Assembly (NCBI GenBank): GCA_001778635.1 | Contig: MFHO01000019.1 | Coordinates: forward strand, 1 to 37,985 | DNA from: Candidatus Giovannonibacteria bacterium RIFCSPHIGHO2_02_FULL_45_13 | GTDB taxonomy: Bacteria > Patescibacteriota > Minisyncoccia > UBA11713 > 2-01-FULL-45-33 | Direction of reading: 5' to 3' | DNA: 37,985 nt | The notes under the pieces: model-generated | Seen by the model: only the letters and a program-made list of their open reading frames with translations | Told to the model about the DNA's origin: nothing | Databases searched by the model: none | Position numbers and translations under genes: made by a program | Shown: positions 35,753 to 37,985 of the stretch, piece by piece | How positions within the stretch are numbered: position 1 is the stretch's first letter | Layout of the letters: every line of letters starts with the position of its first letter

Positions 35753-36865
35753 TTATTTAATTTTACTTAATTTTTCATCCAAAAATTCGCAAAGAGCATC
35801 TATGCCTTCTCCGGTTATTGCCGATACTGGGAAATACGGTTTTTGAAAACGCTCTTTAAGCGCGAGTTCGGCGCGGAAAGCTGGCTCTTTATCAATTTTG
35901 TTGAGCAAAATTGCGTCTGCGAGTTCGTGCGCCCCGCCTTTCATAAGCCGTAAGTCATCGGTTTCATTCGGCAGCGCGACCCACAAGAAAAGATCCGCCA
36001 GATTTTTTATTGCCGAAGACGTTTCTTGCCCAAGCCCGATTGTTTCAAAAAATATCAGTTTTGCTCCCCACAATTTCGCCAAACCAGCCAAATTTTTAAG
36101 AAATGTCACGCGCTTTTTGCTGTAGTTTCCGAACTGCGAAACACTGCGGATAAAAATATTTTCGTTTGAAGTATGATCCTGCACGACGAGCCTATCACCC
36201 AAAAATGCACCCTTCAGTTTCGGCCCGCGCGGATCGCACAAAAAAACAGCGATTTTTATCCCGCGTTTCCCAACGCGTTCCAAAACGGCGTTTAGCAAAC
36301 TGCTTTTGCCGGCGCCAGTTGGGCCGCCGAGTACCACCGTTATCGCGTTGCTTTCCACGGGAGTGCTTAAAATCAGAGAGCCGCGTTCTTGGCTGGTGAT
36401 TGCCGCGGCCAAAATCTCGCGCGGTATGCCATGCCCCACAGCAAACTCATTTTGCTGATTCTTTTCTTTTTCCCGGCATTCTCGCAAAATGTACTTCGCG
36501 ATTTCGTCATGGGTGGTTGCGGAAAGAAACACTTTAAATCCCATAGCGCTTAATTTTTCTCTCACGTCGGGAAATGTTATTTCTCCGCTGCCTCCAGCAA
36601 TAAGAATTTTATTTTCCAATCCGGAAGATTCAAGCAGTTTTTTCAAATGTCCCAAAAGCACAACCGGATCGCCAGTGTGCACGGAAACCCCTATCGCGTC
36701 AGGATCTTCCTCAATGGCGGTTTTTATGATCTGTGTCCACGATTGTTGCAGCCCAGGCCAGATAGAGTCAATATTGCGCTTTCTCAAAAACACTATCAGG
36801 TCGTGAATTGGCCTGTCGTGGCCGTCCAATGGGGGTTTTATCAAAAGTATCTTCGGCGATTTCAT
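35753..36865 (-). CDS. Cobalamin-binding domain fused to MeaB/ArgK-type GTPase (IcmF N-half-like)
   Basis: N-terminal LDGHDRP...EEDPDAIGVSVHTG...IAGG; C-terminal GGPTGAGKSS, DP...GAFLGDR, IFIRS, ETIGLGQ, MKGG..E.AD...NKID, VSAITGEG. AGGAGG before ATG 36865. Confidence 0.85.
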   Translation of the reverse strand: MKSPKILLIKPPLDGHDRPIHDLIVFLRKRNIDSIWPGLQQSWTQIIKTAIEEDPDAIGVSVHTGDPVVLLGHLKKLLESSGLENKILIAGGSGEITFPDVREKLSAMGFKVFLSATTHDEIAKYILRECREKEKNQQNEFAVGHGIPREILAAAITSQERGSLILSTPVESNAITVVLGGPTGAGKSSLLNAVLERVGKRGIKIAVFLCDPRGPKLKGAFLGDRLVVQDHTSNENIFIRSVSQFGNYSKKRVTFLKNLAGLAKLWGAKLIFFETIGLGQETSSAIKNLADLFLWVALPNETDDLRLMKGGAHELADAILLNKIDKEPAFRAELALKERFQKPYFPVSAITGEGIDALCEFLDEKLSKIK

Positions 36866-36875
36866 CTCAACCTCC

Positions 36876-37985
36876 TTAATCCCCATGACCGCGCCAGCGG
36901 CCGAAAACCGGCTCCAGAGTTTTTATCATGCTTTCCTCCACCGTAGCGTAAGATTCCACCGCTTCCATAACCGGCTCCACCAAATTACCGCCTCCGCGCG
37001 CTTCGCCAGCAAGCCGCTTAAGGCATTTTTCAACCCGCGCCTCGTCGCGCTCTTTTTGTACTTTAGCCAAGCGCTCTTTTTGTTTTTGGTGCGTTTCTAA
37101 TGTAGGAACGCGGATCATTTTGCTAAAAATCTCCTTTTCTTCGCGTTCAGCCGACGCTTGATCAAAATATTTATTGACGCCGACGATAACGATTTCCGGA
37201 GGGCTTTTGTTCGTCCGCTCAGCTTCCGCCAAAGAAGTTTTTTTGATTTCAAGTTGCGGATAACCAAGCTCTATTGCGCGCAACATTCCGCCAAGCGCTT
37301 CTATTTTTTTGAAATATTCGCGCACCCCGCGCTCCATTTCGCTTGTATGCCATTCCAAATAATAACTTCCGCCAACCGCGTCCACAACGTCGGCGATGTT
37401 CATTTCTTCTCCGACAATCTGCTGTGTTCTGATGGCCTCTTTGACGGCTTCCGTGCTCGGCAACGCCATTTCCTCATCCCACGAATTCAGATGAATTGAC
37501 TGCGCTCCTCCCAAGAAAGCCGCCAGATAGTGCAACGCGCCGCGTACGACGTTATTGCGCGGCTCTTGCCGCTTGAAGCTCACGCCGGAGTTTTGGACAT
37601 GAAATTTAAGGGCAAGCGATCTTGGACTTTTAGCGCCGTATTTGTTTTTTAGAGTTTCGTACCAAATCTTCCGCGCCACGCGGAATTTGGCAATTTCTTC
37701 CCAAAATCCTTTGCAGTTGAAAAAGCAGGACATGCGCCCGGCAACGTCATCAATATTCATGCCGCGACTCAAGCAATATTCCAACAAAACGAAAGCGTTT
37801 TTAAAAGTGAAAGCAAGTTCCTGCACAGGAGACGCGCCTTGCTCCGCCATGTGGTAACCGGAAGAATTGACGGGGTAGAATCCGAAATCCATGTTTCGTA
37901 TGGCGAATTCCATCATATCTCCTTCAAGCCGCATGCCGTGCTCAAGAGGAAATCTGTATTCTTTCTGACTTATGATTTCCTTGCG
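36876..37985 (-). CDS. B12-dependent acyl-CoA mutase large (substrate-binding) subunit, ICM/HCM-like; 5'-truncated by window edge
   Basis: Frame is open to the edge (RKEIISQKEYRFPLEHGMRL...); SGYHMAEQGASPVQELAFT, EEIAKFRVARKIW, FHVQNSG, NNVVR, GGAQSIH.NS.DE, D.VGGSYYLE, VGVNKY. Confidence 0.92.
   Translation of the reverse strand, partial: RKEIISQKEYRFPLEHGMRLEGDMMEFAIRNMDFGFYPVNSSGYHMAEQGASPVQELAFTFKNAFVLLEYCLSRGMNIDDVAGRMSCFFNCKGFWEEIAKFRVARKIWYETLKNKYGAKSPRSLALKFHVQNSGVSFKRQEPRNNVVRGALHYLAAFLGGAQSIHLNSWDEEMALPSTEAVKEAIRTQQIVGEEMNIADVVDAVGGSYYLEWHTSEMERGVREYFKKIEALGGMLRAIELGYPQLEIKKTSLAEAERTNKSPPEIVIVGVNKYFDQASAEREEKEIFSKMIRVPTLETHQKQKERLAKVQKERDEARVEKCLKRLAGEARGGGNLVEPVMEAVESYATVEESMIKTLEPVFGRWRGHGD

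Noticed and set aside
1-37985. CRISPR array, rRNA, intact transposase/integrase, prophage genes
   Set aside because: No regularly spaced repeat-spacer pattern and no recognisable motifs for these were seen.
1-37985. Alternative genetic code (TGA=Gly, as in Gracilibacteria/Absconditabacteria)
   Set aside because: Conserved genes are full length under code 11, and rpmH, tyrS and pilC end at TGA at their expected C-termini.

Overview
This window is the replication-origin region of a bacterial chromosome using the standard genetic code. It is most likely a Patescibacteria/CPR (Parcubacteria-like) genome, inferred from gene content, leaderless-type promoters and no fully encoded CCA on the tRNAs. 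The core block is jag-yidC-rnpA-rpmH divergent from dnaA-oriC-dnaN, followed by PBP1A, tyrS, ruvC, gpmI, rny-ymdB-HU, tRNA-Gly and tRNA-Pro, yraN and mpl. Type IV pilus genes and an ABC exporter lie at the left. Accessory content includes a MazF-type TA pair, an HTH-Fic gene, a wHTH/nucleotidyltransferase pair and many orphan genes with strong Shine-Dalgarno sites. The most notable observations are: (i) a B12-dependent acyl-CoA mutase operon at the right edge, with an ICM/HCM-type Gln at the specificity position, a cobalamin-binding/MeaB fusion resembling a split IcmF, and an acyl-CoA dehydrogenase, all unexpected in CPR; (ii) tiny hairpin elements inserted in frame inside genes; (iii) a cluster of parS palindromes written into the mpl coding sequence, one of them split by such an element; (iv) a MITE-like insert and a duplicated rny 3' end flanking a TA cassette; (v) an unannotated 39-aa very acidic ORF behind a perfect DnaA box; and (vi) a tandem armless HU-like protein. 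All calls come from reading the sequence by eye; no database searches were run.
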